A stretch of DNA of 64,000 nt from an uncultured Acidobacteriaceae bacterium (GTDB lineage Bacteria; Acidobacteriota; Terriglobia; Terriglobales; Acidobacteriaceae), in contig CAVOTW010000031.1 of NCBI GenBank assembly GCA_963699405.1, positions 146,571 through 210,570 of the forward strand, given 5' to 3'. A model generated the notes under the pieces. The model worked only from the letters and a program-made list of their open reading frames with translations, searched no databases and was not told the DNA's origin. This document shows, piece after piece, positions 1 to 10,116 of the stretch. The number at the start of each line of letters is the position of its first letter. The first letter of the stretch is position 1. Made by a program: the position numbers and the translations under genes.

Positions 1-278
1 CTGTTCGACACCGAAAGAAATTCGCCGAATAGCCGAGCGACCGCCGGCGAAGGGGCCGCCGTGCAAAGGGCCCGAGTCCGAAGCGGGTCCGCGCTCCAGA
101 CGCTCGAGATCGTTCTGTGAACCGATTTAGCGAGTCCGCGGGAGAAAGTTTCCTGAAAACGCGCGACAGCCACGTAGAAGCGCAGGATTTCGGCAGCAAA
201 AGTGTACTGAGAGCCAAGTTCCTCCGCCCGTTGAATCCGCCGCTGCCATTCGTTTTGCGCTTTGCTGCCATTCGACAT
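1..278 (-). CDS. fdhE: FdhE-like formate dehydrogenase accessory protein, 5' part only (gene runs off the window start)
   Basis: Own translation of the minus strand from ATG (revcomp of 276-278): MSNGSKAQNEWQRRIQRAEELGSQYTFAAEILRFYVAVARFQE... This resembles the E. coli FdhE N-terminal region (RRAERLRELA...YLRFAALIAHAQE). The gene is divergent from fdnGHI. It is absent from the ORF track because there is no stop inside the window. Confidence 0.4.
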   Translation of the reverse strand, partial: MSNGSKAQNEWQRRIQRAEELGSQYTFAAEILRFYVAVARFQETFSRGLAKSVHRTISSVWSADPLRTRALCTAAPSPAVARLFGEFLSVSN

Positions 279-513
279 GGAGCGATTATCAGTCCCGGCC
301 TTCTGCCGCGCAATGCCGGACGGGGCGGACAAGGGCAGACTGATGTTGCGCATGAACTCGGATGGATTTTCCTGATTGACGGCCCGTCTGGCCGGGTTTA
401 TAGTTTTCCGCGTTAATGCGGTAATCATGGGAGCTATTGGACGCTGTCGTGGGCGTCTGCAAAACGGGCACCTCCGTAAATTCTGGAACAGCAGTACCCG
501 GGGGCAAAACATA

Positions 514-3500
514 ATGGAGCTCTCTCGCAGGACTTTTCTCAAGGGCACCGTGCTCGGCGGAGCCGCTTTCTCCGCCCTCGGCTTTGATCTCACTCCGGTT
601 TACGCCCAGACTCATCGCTCAAGATTTCCCGCGCCAGCGAAACCCGCAGCACTTGTCCTTATTGCGCGGTGAGCTGCGGCGTCATCATCTACACGCATCG
701 GCGACAAGGCCAAGAACGCGATCCCGCAGGTCGTGCACGTCGAGGGCGATCCCGACCACCCCATCAATCGCGGCACGCTTTGCCCCAAAGGCTCGTCGCT
801 CGAGCAGGACATTCTCAACGATCGCCGCCTGCTGAAGCCGCAAGTGCGCCGCCCCGGAGGCACCGACTGGGAAGACATTTCTTGGGAGCAGGCCTACAGC
901 GAGATCGCGCAGAAAGTAAAGAAGACGCGCGACGATACTTTCGTCGAGACGGACGCCAACGGTCACACTGTCAATCGCTGCGAAGGCATCGCCTTTACCG
1001 GCGGCTGCACCGACACCAACGAATTTAATTATCTCGCCGTAAAAAGTATGCGCAGCCTGGGGGTCTGCTACCTGGAAAACCAGGCCCGCGTTTGACACGG
1101 CCCCACGGTCTCCAGTTTGGGGCCCACCTTCGGACGCGGCGCAATGACCAACGGTTGGATCGACATCAAGAACACCGACATGATGTTGATCATGGGCGGC
1201 AATCCCGCCGAAAACCACCCCTGCGGCTTCAAGTGGGCGATCGAAGCCAAGATTCACCGCAACGCGAAAACCATCGTCGTCGATCCGCGCCTCACCCGCA
1301 CCGCCGCGAACGCCGACATGTACCTACAGATCCGCGCCGGCGCCGACATCGCCTTCCTCGGCGGCGTCATCAATTACGCCATCGCCAACAACCGCATCGC
1401 CAAAGACTATCTCGTCAACTACACCAACGCCGCTTTCATTATCAAAGACGGATTTAATCTGCCCGAAGACGGTCTTTTCTCCGGATTCGATCCCGAGAAA
1501 AAGGTTTACGACAAATTTACCTGGAACTATGAAGAAGGCGGAGACCTCGCGGGCAAGCCCGTAGTCCCAACGCCAGCCGCGCAAAATGTGCACCCCGCTG
1601 CCGCCGCGCAAAAAACCAGCGACACTGGTGGCGGCCAGGGACATCAAGCGGGCGGTCCAACCGGACCCGCCGGAGGCGCGGGCGCCGCGCCATGCGCTTC
1701 CCGGCAAAGGTGGCATTCGATCTCACGCTGCAGCATCCCCGCTGCGTCTATCAGTTACTAAAGAAACAATACGAGCGCTACACGCCAGAAATGGTCGAGC
1801 GCATCACCGGCATTCCGCAGGATCAATTCCTCAAAGCCGCCGACCTCTTCACCTCCATCCGCAAAGACGGCGACATGAAAAAAGTCGCCACCATTATCTA
1901 TGCCGTCGGATGGACGCAGCACAGCTTCGGCACCCAAATCATCCGCACCGCTGCCATGCTGCAATTGCTGATGGGCAATGTCGGGCGCGCCGGTGGCGGA
2001 GTCAATGCCCTCCGCGGCCACTCCAACATTCAAGGCGCTACCGACATGGCCGGGAATCTTCGACATCCTCCCCGGCTATTTGAAGATGCCGAATCCCGCC
2101 GATGTCGATCTAGCCACCTATATCAAGCGCGTCACGCCAACCGAGTCCAAGCCCGATCCGTGGCAATCGTTTAATTACTATTCGAACACTTCAAAATTCA
2201 CCGTCTCTTTGCTGAAAGCGTTTTACGGACCCGCAGCCACCAAAGAAAACGACTTCGCCTTCAACTATCTTCCCAAGATCGACCGCAACTATTCCTGGGT
2301 GAATATCTGGAACGACATGTACGAAGGCAAGATCAAAGGTCTCTTCGCCTTTGGCATGAACGGCGTCATGATCGGTCCCGATTCGAACAAGAATATCGAT
2401 GCCCTGAAAAAAGCCGACTGGCTGGTCGTCTGCGAAATCTATCCCGACGAAACCAGCGAATTCTGGCGCGCGCCAGGCATCACCGCCGACGACCAGAAAA
2501 AAATCAACACCACCGTCTACCGCTTGCCCGGAGCGGGTTTTGCGGAAAAAGACGGCACGTTCGTCAACTCCGCCCGCTGGCTGCAATGGAAGAACGTCGC
2601 CGTGCCGACGCCCGGGCAAGCTCGGCTCGATCAGGAAATTCTCGCCACCATCTATCTCAAAGTTCGCGAGCTCTATAAAAAAGAAGGCGGCAAGTTCCCC
2701 GATCCGGTTCTCAACGCGTCGTTCGCCTACACCAACCCCTTACAATCCGTCGTTCGCCGAGGTCGCGAAAGAACTCAACGGCAAAGCGCTCGCCGACCTC
2801 ACCGACCCCAAAACAAACACGACCATCAAAGCCGGCCAGCAACTCCCGGGCTTTGCCTGGCTCAAAGACGACGGCACGACATCGTGCGGAAACTGGATCT
2901 ACTCCGGATCATGGACCGAAGCTGGCGCCATGATGCAGCGCCGCGGCACTGACGACCCGTCCGGCCTCGGCATTTATCCCAATTGGGGATGGTCGTGGCC
3001 GGCGAATCGCCGCGTCCTCTATAACCGCGCCTCTTGCGATCCGGAGGGCAAGCCCTGGGATCCTTCGCGCCGCCAGGTTTGGTGGGATGAAGCCAAGCAA
3101 AGCTGGGTCGGCGTCGACGTTCCCGACTTCAAGCCCGATTCCGCGCCCAAAGATCACATGGGCCCGTTCATCATGAACCCCGATGGCATCGGACGTTTGT
3201 TCGTACCGCTCGGCGGGATGGCCGATGGGCCCTTCCCCGAATTCTACGAGCCGATCGAAAGCCCACTAGCGAATCTGCTGCATCCGAATCAGTCCAATAA
3301 TCCGGTCGTGAAGAAATACAAGACCGACATGGACAAGTACGCGCCCACCGGCGGCGACTACAACGTCATCTGCACTACCTATCGCTTGACGGAGCACTAT
3401 CACTACTGGACAAAAAATAACCCCATGAACGTGCAGCTCGTGCCTGAGCCGTTCGTCGAAGTCCCAGCCGAATTGGCCGACCGCATGGGCATTCGCGGCG

Positions 3501-3760
3501 GTGAAAAAATAAAGGTCTCGAGTATTCGCGCTACCTACATCGCGAAGGCAATGGTCACGCGCCGCATCAAGCCCATGAAGATCGACGGCAAAGAGACATT
3601 CCAGATCGGCATACCGATTCATTGGGGGTTCCGCGGGATTGCGGAAGATGAAGGCAAGACGGCGAAGACGCTGGCGAATCAGCTGACGCCTACGGTGATT
3701 GATCCAAACGCGTTTACGCCGGAGTTCAAAGGCTTTTTGGTGAAGATCGAGAAAGTGTAG
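514..3760 (+). pseudogene. fdnG: Periplasmic formate dehydrogenase catalytic (alpha) subunit, a Tat-exported molybdopterin selenoprotein; reading frame broken about 5 times (pseudogene or indel errors)
   Basis: Tat signal MELSRRTFLKGTVLGGAAFSALG from ATG 514. The Fe-S Cys motif STCPYCAVSCGV is readable only in frame 3 (621-698). VHVEGDPDHPINRGTLCPKG is in the 733 frame. ENQARV-TGA(1093-1095)-HGPTVSSLGPTFGRGAMTN is colinear with the E. coli FdnG Sec196 region. Later conserved blocks (HPRCVYQLLKKQYERYTPEMV, GGVNALRGHSNIQG, LPGYLKMP, RLTEHYHYWTKNN, TPEFKGFLVKIEKV) lie in ORFs 1692-2174, 1978-2952 and 2540-3760. Frame switches are needed near 616-621, ~699, ~1680-1700, ~2050-2056 and ~2735-2741. 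Confidence 0.9.
1093..1124 (+). promoter_or_regulatory. In-frame UGA (selenocysteine) codon plus SECIS-like hairpin
   Basis: TGA at 1093-1095 sits exactly where E. coli FdnG has Sec. Starting 4 nt downstream, GGCCCCA (1099-1105) pairs perfectly with TGGGGCC (1118-1124) around a 12-nt loop CGGTCTCCAGTT that contains GGUC. Confidence 0.55.
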
Positions 3761-3870
3761 GAGTAGCGCCGCCGTCCCGGCGGCTGTCAGGCAGCCGTCC
3801 GCGCCCACTGGTCAGAGGACGAGACGCCCGCGGGACAGCCGGCAGGATGCCGGCGCTACAGAGAAGGTAT

Positions 3871-4773
3871 ATGGCAGACCGCAAAGCGCTACAGGCCGTA
3901 ATGATCTCGGGCCATACCAATCCCTCGCCGGGTTTCGGCATGCAGCGCGACCTCGAGGTCTGCAAACTGGTCGACACCACCACCTGCATCGGCTGCAAAG
4001 CGTGCGAAGTCGCGTGCGTCGAGTGGAACGACATGCCGTTCACTCCGACCACCTTCGACAACACTTACCAGACGATGCCCGAGACAGCGCCGCATTTCTG
4101 GAACCTGATCAAGTTCAATGAGCACCAGAATCCCGACGGCACGATTCAGTGGCTGATGCGCAAAGATCAGTGCATGCACTGCGCCGATCCCGGATGCCTG
4201 CATGCCTGTCCGGCCGACGGCGCGATTGTGAAATATGCCAATGGCATTGTCGACTTCAATCAGGAAAACTGCATTGGCTGCGAGTTTTGTGTTTCCGGGT
4301 GTCCGTTTAATATTCCACGCTTCAATCCCGCGACCAAGCGCGTGTACAAGTGCACACTTTGTTCCGATCGCGTCGGCGAAGGTTTGGAACCCGCATGTAT
4401 CAAGGCGTGCCCGACTGGCTGTCTGAAGTTCGGCAGCAAAGACGACATGAAATTCATCGCCGAGGAACGCGCTAAACAACTCCGCGACAATTTCGGCTGG
4501 CAAAACGCCGGCGTGTACGATCCGCAATCCGTTGGCGGAACGCATGTGATTTACGTGCTGCACGATGCTACCGATCCGGAACGCTATGGCGGGCTGCCCA
4601 GCAATCCGCAGATTCCCTGGAGCTACACATGGTGGAAGTGGCTCTTCAAACCCGTGCTCGGAACCTTCGCTCTGCTCGGTGGTCTCGGCATCCTGATTCA
4701 CCATGTCATCAATGGCCCGCGCCTGCCCCAGCCCGAGGCTCCGAAAAAGGATGGCAACAATGTCAGCATCTAG
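3871..4773 (+). CDS. fdnH: Formate dehydrogenase iron-sulfur (beta) subunit with C-terminal membrane anchor
   Basis: Four ferredoxin-type Cys clusters (CIGCKACEVAC, CMHCADPGCLHACP, CIGCEFCVSGCP, CTLCSDRV...ACIKACP), colinear with E. coli FdnH. C-terminal TM segment LGTFALLGGLGILIHHV. Start chosen at ATG 3871 (GAGAAGG Shine-Dalgarno 5 nt upstream); ATG 3847 is the alternative. Confidence 0.9.
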   Translation: MADRKALQAVMISGHTNPSPGFGMQRDLEVCKLVDTTTCIGCKACEVACVEWNDMPFTPTTFDNTYQTMPETAPHFWNLIKFNEHQNPDGTIQWLMRKDQCMHCADPGCLHACPADGAIVKYANGIVDFNQENCIGCEFCVSGCPFNIPRFNPATKRVYKCTLCSDRVGEGLEPACIKACPTGCLKFGSKDDMKFIAEERAKQLRDNFGWQNAGVYDPQSVGGTHVIYVLHDATDPERYGGLPSNPQIPWSYTWWKWLFKPVLGTFALLGGLGILIHHVINGPRLPQPEAPKKDGNNVSI

Positions 4774-5518
4774 TGGAGCGATTGAACGTTTCGACGATAA
4801 AGCCCGCCAGAGTTTCGAGTCCGCCGGCAGAACCACCATCTATCGTGGAGAACTACTCCGTCACCCTGTCTACGACCGCGTCCTCCACTGGACAATAGCC
4901 CTCTTTTTCTTCCTCGCGCTCTTTTCTGGTTTCGGCATTTATCTTCCCTGGCTCTTCCGCTGGTTCACTCCCATCTTCGGCGGCGGACAACTCGCCCGCA
5001 TCATGCACCCCTACTTCGGCGTAGCCTTCGTCTTCTTCTTCGCTTTGCAGGTACTCAACTGGTTCCGGCTCATGCTTTGGGCCCCAGGCGACACGCGCTG
5101 GATGGGCAATATCAAAGCCATTGCCAGCGGTGAAGAAAAAGTGGATCCTCCGGAAACCGGCTTCTTCAACGCGGGACAGAAGGTTATGTTCTGGGAGATC
5201 GTCGCCGGTTGCATCGTCTACCTCATAACCGGCGTTATTCTGTGGGCAGGCGCAAAAACTTTCGGCAGAATCGCTGTAGCCGCCAGCTACGTGCTCCACG
5301 ACATCTCCGCCCTCATCATGCTAGGCGGAATCTTCATCCACATCTATCAAAGCACCTTTGGCGAGCCGGGCACGTTTCAAGCCATGGTTCGCGGTGCGGT
5401 GAGCGAAGCCTGGGCATGGACTTTTCATCCCGCCTGGTACAAGCAAGTCACGGGACGCGACCCGGAGCAGACCTGCGAAGAAGCACGACGCCGAATGAAC
5501 GCGGAGAGCAAATCCTGA
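4760..5518 (+). CDS. fdnI: Formate dehydrogenase cytochrome b556 (gamma) subunit
   Basis: Four TM helices with conserved His residues (VLHWTIALFF, IMHPYFG, VLHDISALIMLGGIFIHIY), typical of FdnI/FdoI. ATG 4760 overlaps the fdnH stop and has AAGGA about 9 nt upstream; ATG 4751 is the alternative. Confidence 0.85.
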   Translation: MSASSGAIERFDDKARQSFESAGRTTIYRGELLRHPVYDRVLHWTIALFFFLALFSGFGIYLPWLFRWFTPIFGGGQLARIMHPYFGVAFVFFFALQVLNWFRLMLWAPGDTRWMGNIKAIASGEEKVDPPETGFFNAGQKVMFWEIVAGCIVYLITGVILWAGAKTFGRIAVAASYVLHDISALIMLGGIFIHIYQSTFGEPGTFQAMVRGAVSEAWAWTFHPAWYKQVTGRDPEQTCEEARRRMNAESKS

Positions 5519-5763
5519 GGCAACAGCAGGCGAGCTATCAGGTACCCAACTTTCACCGATCGGCCTCTGTTTAACCAAACCCTCAAAAGCGATCCTTCCC
5601 GGCTCATGTGTGCAAAATATTGCATATATATCGCGGTTCCTGCCACGTTTCACGGAATTTGAGACGAAGAGTGGTCGCTACCAAGTCATTGCGTTTGTTT
5701 CTGTTCTTGCGAGTGCTTTCTGGCAAAATCGGGTTTAACATCAGGGTGGACTCGCGAGCCGGA

Positions 5764-5779
5764 TGGCAGTGGGCGTGCA
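5764..5779 (+). promoter_or_regulatory. Candidate sigma54-type -24/-12 promoter
   Basis: TGGCAGTGGGCGTGCA has GG (5765-5766) and GC (5777-5778) at the canonical 12-nt register of TGGCAC-N5-TTGC. It lies about 70 nt upstream of ATG 5850. Motif match only. Confidence 0.25.
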
Positions 5780-5849
5780 TCTAAGGCTGTAGTTCACGAC
5801 AGGTTTCGAAGTTCGGCATAGGGATTTTAGGTCAGAGGATCAAGCGAAG

Positions 5850-6236
5850 ATGAGATTTCGGCTGGCGATTGCAGTGGTACTGGCAGCGATGACTGTGAGC
5901 GGTTGGGCTCAGCAAAACAACGCATTCAAGGTTCGGGTGACGCATGAAAAGCCGGCGAAACAAAGCCCGCCCATGACCAAGAAGGCGGCAGGGAACACGG
6001 CTTCCGGCGGCGACGCCAAGGCTCTGCAAAATATAGAACGTGAGAGCGTGAAAGGTTCGGCTCGATCTGCGAACAAGAAGCCGGCAACGCTGAAACCGGT
6101 GAAGGACAAGCCCAATCCGCCGATGAATTTCAACGGCACGGGCGGTGCCAAAAGTGCCGGGCGTGGCGTCCAGTCGAGTTCCTACAAGGGCCGCTTGAAG
6201 CAAAAAGGCGGCGGCGGTGGCGGGAGGGGCCAGTAA
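5850..6236 (+). CDS. Small secreted Lys/Gly-rich hypothetical protein
   Basis: Signal peptide MRFRLAIAVVLAAMTVSGWAQQ, then a basic low-complexity sequence ending in KQKGGGGGGRGQ. No recognisable domain. Confidence 0.45.
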   Translation: MRFRLAIAVVLAAMTVSGWAQQNNAFKVRVTHEKPAKQSPPMTKKAAGNTASGGDAKALQNIERESVKGSARSANKKPATLKPVKDKPNPPMNFNGTGGAKSAGRGVQSSSYKGRLKQKGGGGGGRGQ

Positions 6237-6335
6237 CAAACTCACCAACAGACAATCCCTCTGAGGCGCGGCGTCGTGCCGCAACAATAGAACGCTGCTT
6301 ATCGCGATCCTCAACCATCCTTAAGCACAGAGATC

Positions 6336-7091
6336 CTATAGGCGGGAGCGATCTTGTTCCGGGGCCGCGACCGTCGAGGCAACTGCTTTCGTTCTGGTTT
6401 GGGGCTCTTTAAAAGAGTATTTCAACAGGCAATATAGAGCTCGCACACCGTCTTTCCATCCTATTTTTTTGCCCTCCTCGTAGGTGCGTCCCCAGTAGCT
6501 GATTCCCACTTCATAAATGCGGAGGTTGCGACGGGCCACCTTCACGGTGATCTCGGGTTCGAATCCGAAACGATTTTCTTCGATGGGGATGGACTGAATG
6601 ACTTCGCGCCGGAAAACCTTGTAGCAGGTTTCCATGTCGGAAAGATTGATATTAGTGAGGCAATTGGAGAGCAGGGTGAGAGCCCGGTTGCCAACGGAGT
6701 GCCAGAAGTAGAGCACGCGATGCGGTGCGCCGCCGAGAAAACGCGAGCCAAAAACCACGTCCGCCTTGCCCTGGATTAAAGGCTCAATCATCAGCGGATA
6801 TTCAGCCGGATCGTATTCCAGATCGGCGTCCTGAATGATGACGAAGTCGCCTGTGGCTTCCTGTATGCCGCGACGGAGGGCCGCTCCTTTGCCCATGTTC
6901 TGCGGCTGAAGCACGGTGCGGATTTGCGGATGCTCGGCCTGCAGTGCGGACAGAATTTCCCGCGAGCCGTCGCGCGAGCCATCGTCCACGCAGATTAACT
7001 CGATCTCCAGGGGAACCGCGAGAACCTTGAGCACTACCTCACGGAGCGTGGCGCGCTCGTTATAGACCGGCATCACAACGGAAAGTTTCAT
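6336..7091 (-). CDS. Family 2 glycosyltransferase (polyprenyl-phosphate sugar synthase-like)
   Basis: [12 protein letters not shown]..., [22 protein letters not shown] (DxD), with a GT2 fold pattern throughout. Confidence 0.85.
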   Translation of the reverse strand: MKLSVVMPVYNERATLREVVLKVLAVPLEIELICVDDGSRDGSREILSALQAEHPQIRTVLQPQNMGKGAALRRGIQEATGDFVIIQDADLEYDPAEYPLMIEPLIQGKADVVFGSRFLGGAPHRVLYFWHSVGNRALTLLSNCLTNINLSDMETCYKVFRREVIQSIPIEENRFGFEPEITVKVARRNLRIYEVGISYWGRTYEEGKKIGWKDGVRALYCLLKYSFKEPQTRTKAVASTVAAPEQDRSRL

Positions 7092-7427
7092 GACTTGCCT
7101 GACGGAGGAAACTCCTTTTCTGAATCCGTCACGATTGTAAATCGCGTACCCGGGGCTGGGTATGGCAAGTGTGGCTATCCTCGCTTGGTTGTGTTTGTAA
7201 GTACCTACAGGTCAGTAGCTTGCTGGGAATACTTTCGGGAATTCGGTGGCATTGACAAGTCGATTGGACATGGTATGCTTTGCGAAAGCTGTCGGTTTCC
7301 CCCCCACCTGACTCAGACCTGTTTTAACCCCGGTTAAGTGGGCGACTTTAGAAGACGTTTACGAATTTGATGGTCCCTGGAATGGGGACAATCTTAATTT
7401 TGGCAGCACGCGAGGCTACTAATCCGC

Positions 7428-8999
7428 ATGAAAGCCGCTAGAATCCTGATCGTTTTATTGCTGGCAAGCGCTCCCAGCCTGTGCGCCGCCTTGACCAAGA
7501 CTACGACCAACCTCGCGTCCTCAATGAATCCGTCCACTTACGGACAGCCGGTGACCTTTACCGCAGTGGTGACGCCTGCGCCGCCCGATGGAGAGAGTGT
7601 TTCTTTCGTGCAAGGAAAGAATGTGCTGGGGACGGGCGCTTTGAATGGTGGCACAGCCACTTATACGACCTCCACGCTGTCGGGCACAGACGAGATCAAG
7701 GCGGAGTACAGCGGTGACGGGACCCTAGGCAGCAGCACGTCGAACTTGGTGAGCCAGGTGGTCGACCTAGCCTCGACCACGACCACGTTGGTTTCGTCGC
7801 CGAATCCGTCCTATCCGGGAGAGTCCGTGACCTTCACGGCGACCGTGGTGGGGCAATACGGCGGCGCGGTCAGTGGCAACGTGTGGTTTTACAATGGCAA
7901 CTCGAAGCTGGGCGCTGGCACGCTTTCGAGCGGTGCTGCCAACTATACGACTACGAAGTTACCTACCGGCACTGATTCGATTTCGGCGGTCTATGAGGGT
8001 AGCCATTCATTCGCTGAAAGCACCTCAAACGTACTGCTCCAAGCGGTGAATACCGGGACAACCATCGATTCTTCGATGACGTGGAATAACATCACGCGCT
8101 ATTACGAAGTGTATCTGCCTGCAAATGTGGGCTCGAATCCTGCCATGCTTCTGATGCTGCATGGAACGCAAGAAACTAAATCCACGGGCGATGACCCGAC
8201 CCCGATCATTAGCCTCAATTGGGGCTGGCAGCCGCTTGCGGATCAGTATGGCTTTATCCTGGTTCAGCCTGCGGCTACTTTCGATCCGAACACAAGCGAG
8301 TGGAACTGGAATTCGTATTGCATGGACGGAACGGAAGCGTGCTCTCCGTACGGATCGAAGGGAGGGGCATTTTCCTACGCGGAAGGATGCGATTCAGGAG
8401 ATGCAGAATGCCCCGATGATTCCGGCTTCCTGGCTCAGCTCATCCAGAATTTGACCACTCAGTACAACGTGAATCCGCTTCAGGTTTATGTTGCCGGCTT
8501 CTCCTCAGGTGCGGAAATGACGGAGCGCGTCGGTTTCGAACACCCCGAACTGGTAGCGGCGATTGCTCCTGCTTCGGGCCAGCTCGTTGCCGAGCAAGGC
8601 AGCGACCCGTCGCCGCTGCCCCTGCCACCTTATCCGCAGGTGCCCATTTCCGTGCAGGAGTGGCACGGCACGGAAGATACAGAATTGTCGCCCTGCAACT
8701 ACGGCACGACCAAGTACAACGGTGTTACTTTCACGCTGGACACGGTCGACGACACCTTCAACTATTGGTCGGGACCGAGTGCAGACGCCTGCACGGTTTT
8801 CGCGAACAATGAGCCGTTATGCCTGAACGGATCAGCCAATCCAAATATCACGGGTAATGACGCCACCGGCTGCACAAACAATGTTGAGGTTCAATTCAAT
8901 TGGGAACAAGGTGTTGCGCACAACTGGCACGAGCAAAACGACACGGCGCGCTGGAAATTCTTTGCGGCACACCCAATGGCCGCGTCGCGACGGCGATAA
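7428..8999 (+). CDS. Secreted esterase of the PHB-depolymerase/LpqC (CE1-like) family with two N-terminal Ig-like repeats
   Basis: Signal peptide MKAARILIVLLLASAPSLCAA. Two ~90-aa repeats (TTTNLASSMNPSTYGQPVTFTAVV... / TTTTLVSSPNPSYPGESVTFTATV...). The catalytic part has YYEVYLP...MLLMLHGT and nucleophile elbow VAGFSSGAEM. It is a paralog of 22707-23669, 35028-36092 and 36165-37184. Confidence 0.8.
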   Translation: MKAARILIVLLLASAPSLCAALTKTTTNLASSMNPSTYGQPVTFTAVVTPAPPDGESVSFVQGKNVLGTGALNGGTATYTTSTLSGTDEIKAEYSGDGTLGSSTSNLVSQVVDLASTTTTLVSSPNPSYPGESVTFTATVVGQYGGAVSGNVWFYNGNSKLGAGTLSSGAANYTTTKLPTGTDSISAVYEGSHSFAESTSNVLLQAVNTGTTIDSSMTWNNITRYYEVYLPANVGSNPAMLLMLHGTQETKSTGDDPTPIISLNWGWQPLADQYGFILVQPAATFDPNTSEWNWNSYCMDGTEACSPYGSKGGAFSYAEGCDSGDAECPDDSGFLAQLIQNLTTQYNVNPLQVYVAGFSSGAEMTERVGFEHPELVAAIAPASGQLVAEQGSDPSPLPLPPYPQVPISVQEWHGTEDTELSPCNYGTTKYNGVTFTLDTVDDTFNYWSGPSADACTVFANNEPLCLNGSANPNITGNDATGCTNNVEVQFNWEQGVAHNWHEQNDTARWKFFAAHPMAASRRR

Positions 9000-9047
9000 T
9001 TAGCTTGCAAACAAATTTCGCTGTCACGATTCTCTGAAAAGTGTATT

Positions 9048-9998
9048 TCAATAGCCATTTTGCCGGTTCGTGCGGTACGCTCGGCTGAAAAGGATGGCGA
9101 CAATCGCAAGCACGATTGGAGTGAAGACGCTGGCTTCGGGACCGACACTGCCTCCGGTGATCCAACTCCGCCCAGCGAATTCGGAGTTGAGCAGGTTGTG
9201 GTAGGCGGGGATACCGCTGTCGGCTACACCATAGAAGAAAGTCTGACCCCAATCCCATCCCGCGTGGAAACCTACAGCCCACCACAGGTTACCGGTGCGG
9301 CGAAGGAACAAGCAAAAGAGAAGACCGAAGAAGACCACCGACAGCAGCCCGAACTTGCTTTCTCCCGGATTTCCGGCATGGGCCAATCCGAACAAAGCTG
9401 ACAGCAGGAAGGCCGAAGGCCAGAACCCCATGCCTGAGGTGAGTGTGAATTGCAAGTAGCCGCGGAAAGCGAACTCTTCGCCGAGGCCGACAACAATGAA
9501 AGTGGCCGTCCAGGCGAGAGTGGCTGGGATTAGGATTCGGCTGCCGTGAATCGCCAGACCCGTGACTCGGAATCCGTGGAACAGAAAGATACCGAATAGG
9601 CTGGCACTGATGGCGAGAAAGCCGGCGGCTGTCCCAACCCAAAAATTCTTGCGAAATGCGGAACGGGCTGGGAGACCATAGTCGCCGTAGTGGCGGTGCT
9701 CGATGCGCGCCATGATCAGGGCGGCGATCGAGGTAAGAAGAAATATTGTTCCTTCCAGGAGGGTGAGTCCGGATGGCTTGAGCATGGACACGCCCGTCGG
9801 CGCGTTGCCGCGCCCAAACAGACGCAGGATCGACCCCGATAGGAAGAAGAGTGCTCCGACAATGGCGAGGAAGATCAGGGCGCGCCATCCGGCTCGGATG
9901 CCGTTTGGACCGCGGAAGATGCCGTACCGCGGCGGCGAGGGCGGCAGTGGCGCGGGGACGGCAGAGCCGGTAGGAGCTACGATGCTTTGGTCGACCAT
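9048..9998 (-). CDS. CPBP (CAAX protease/Abi) family intramembrane metalloprotease
   Basis: Multi-TM protein with the family motifs GLGEEFAFRGYL (EExxxR), LFGLAHAGN (FxxxH) and HAGWDW. Confidence 0.8.
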   Translation of the reverse strand: MVDQSIVAPTGSAVPAPLPPSPPRYGIFRGPNGIRAGWRALIFLAIVGALFFLSGSILRLFGRGNAPTGVSMLKPSGLTLLEGTIFLLTSIAALIMARIEHRHYGDYGLPARSAFRKNFWVGTAAGFLAISASLFGIFLFHGFRVTGLAIHGSRILIPATLAWTATFIVVGLGEEFAFRGYLQFTLTSGMGFWPSAFLLSALFGLAHAGNPGESKFGLLSVVFFGLLFCLFLRRTGNLWWAVGFHAGWDWGQTFFYGVADSGIPAYHNLLNSEFAGRSWITGGSVGPEASVFTPIVLAIVAILFSRAYRTNRQNGY

Positions 9999-10116
9999 GC
10001 TCTAGTTTACGCGAGAGGGCTCGTCCGAGTTTCATGCGGGATTGCAAGTCAGTTCTGTCATGGCTGTTGGTTCTGATTTGGATAGAAGGTCAGAAGAGGA
10101 TAAAGTTAAGCTATTC

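Noticed and set aside
514-3760. Programmed recoding (ribosomal frameshifting) as the explanation for the fdnG frame changes.
   Set aside because: There are five changes in both directions, no slippery heptamers at the junctions I inspected, and the same phenomenon affects a dozen unrelated genes. Only the UGA at 1093 fits a known recoding mechanism (Sec).
3889-4839. Long antisense or out-of-frame ORFs covering real genes: 685-1257(-), 3889-4839(-), 10165-11157(-), 14186-15127(+), 16326-17201(-), 33421-34407(+), 55050-55943(-) and 59771-60343(-).
   Set aside because: They overlap genes that have clear family motifs. Their products are Arg/Ala/Gly/Pro-rich with no motifs, as expected for shadow ORFs in GC-rich DNA.
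7252-7279. Sigma70-like TTGACA-N16-TATGCT upstream of the 7428 esterase gene, and TTGGTT-N18-TAGAAT at 18878-18907.
   Set aside because: These are hexamer matches only. The promoter consensus for this lineage is not known to me, and such matches are common by chance.
7401-7411. Shared 11-mer TTGGCAGCACG at 7400-7410 and 42661-42671 as a locus-specific regulatory box.
   Set aside because: In a 64-kb window, identical 11-mers are expected many times by chance. With only two copies and different downstream spacing, it is not reportable.
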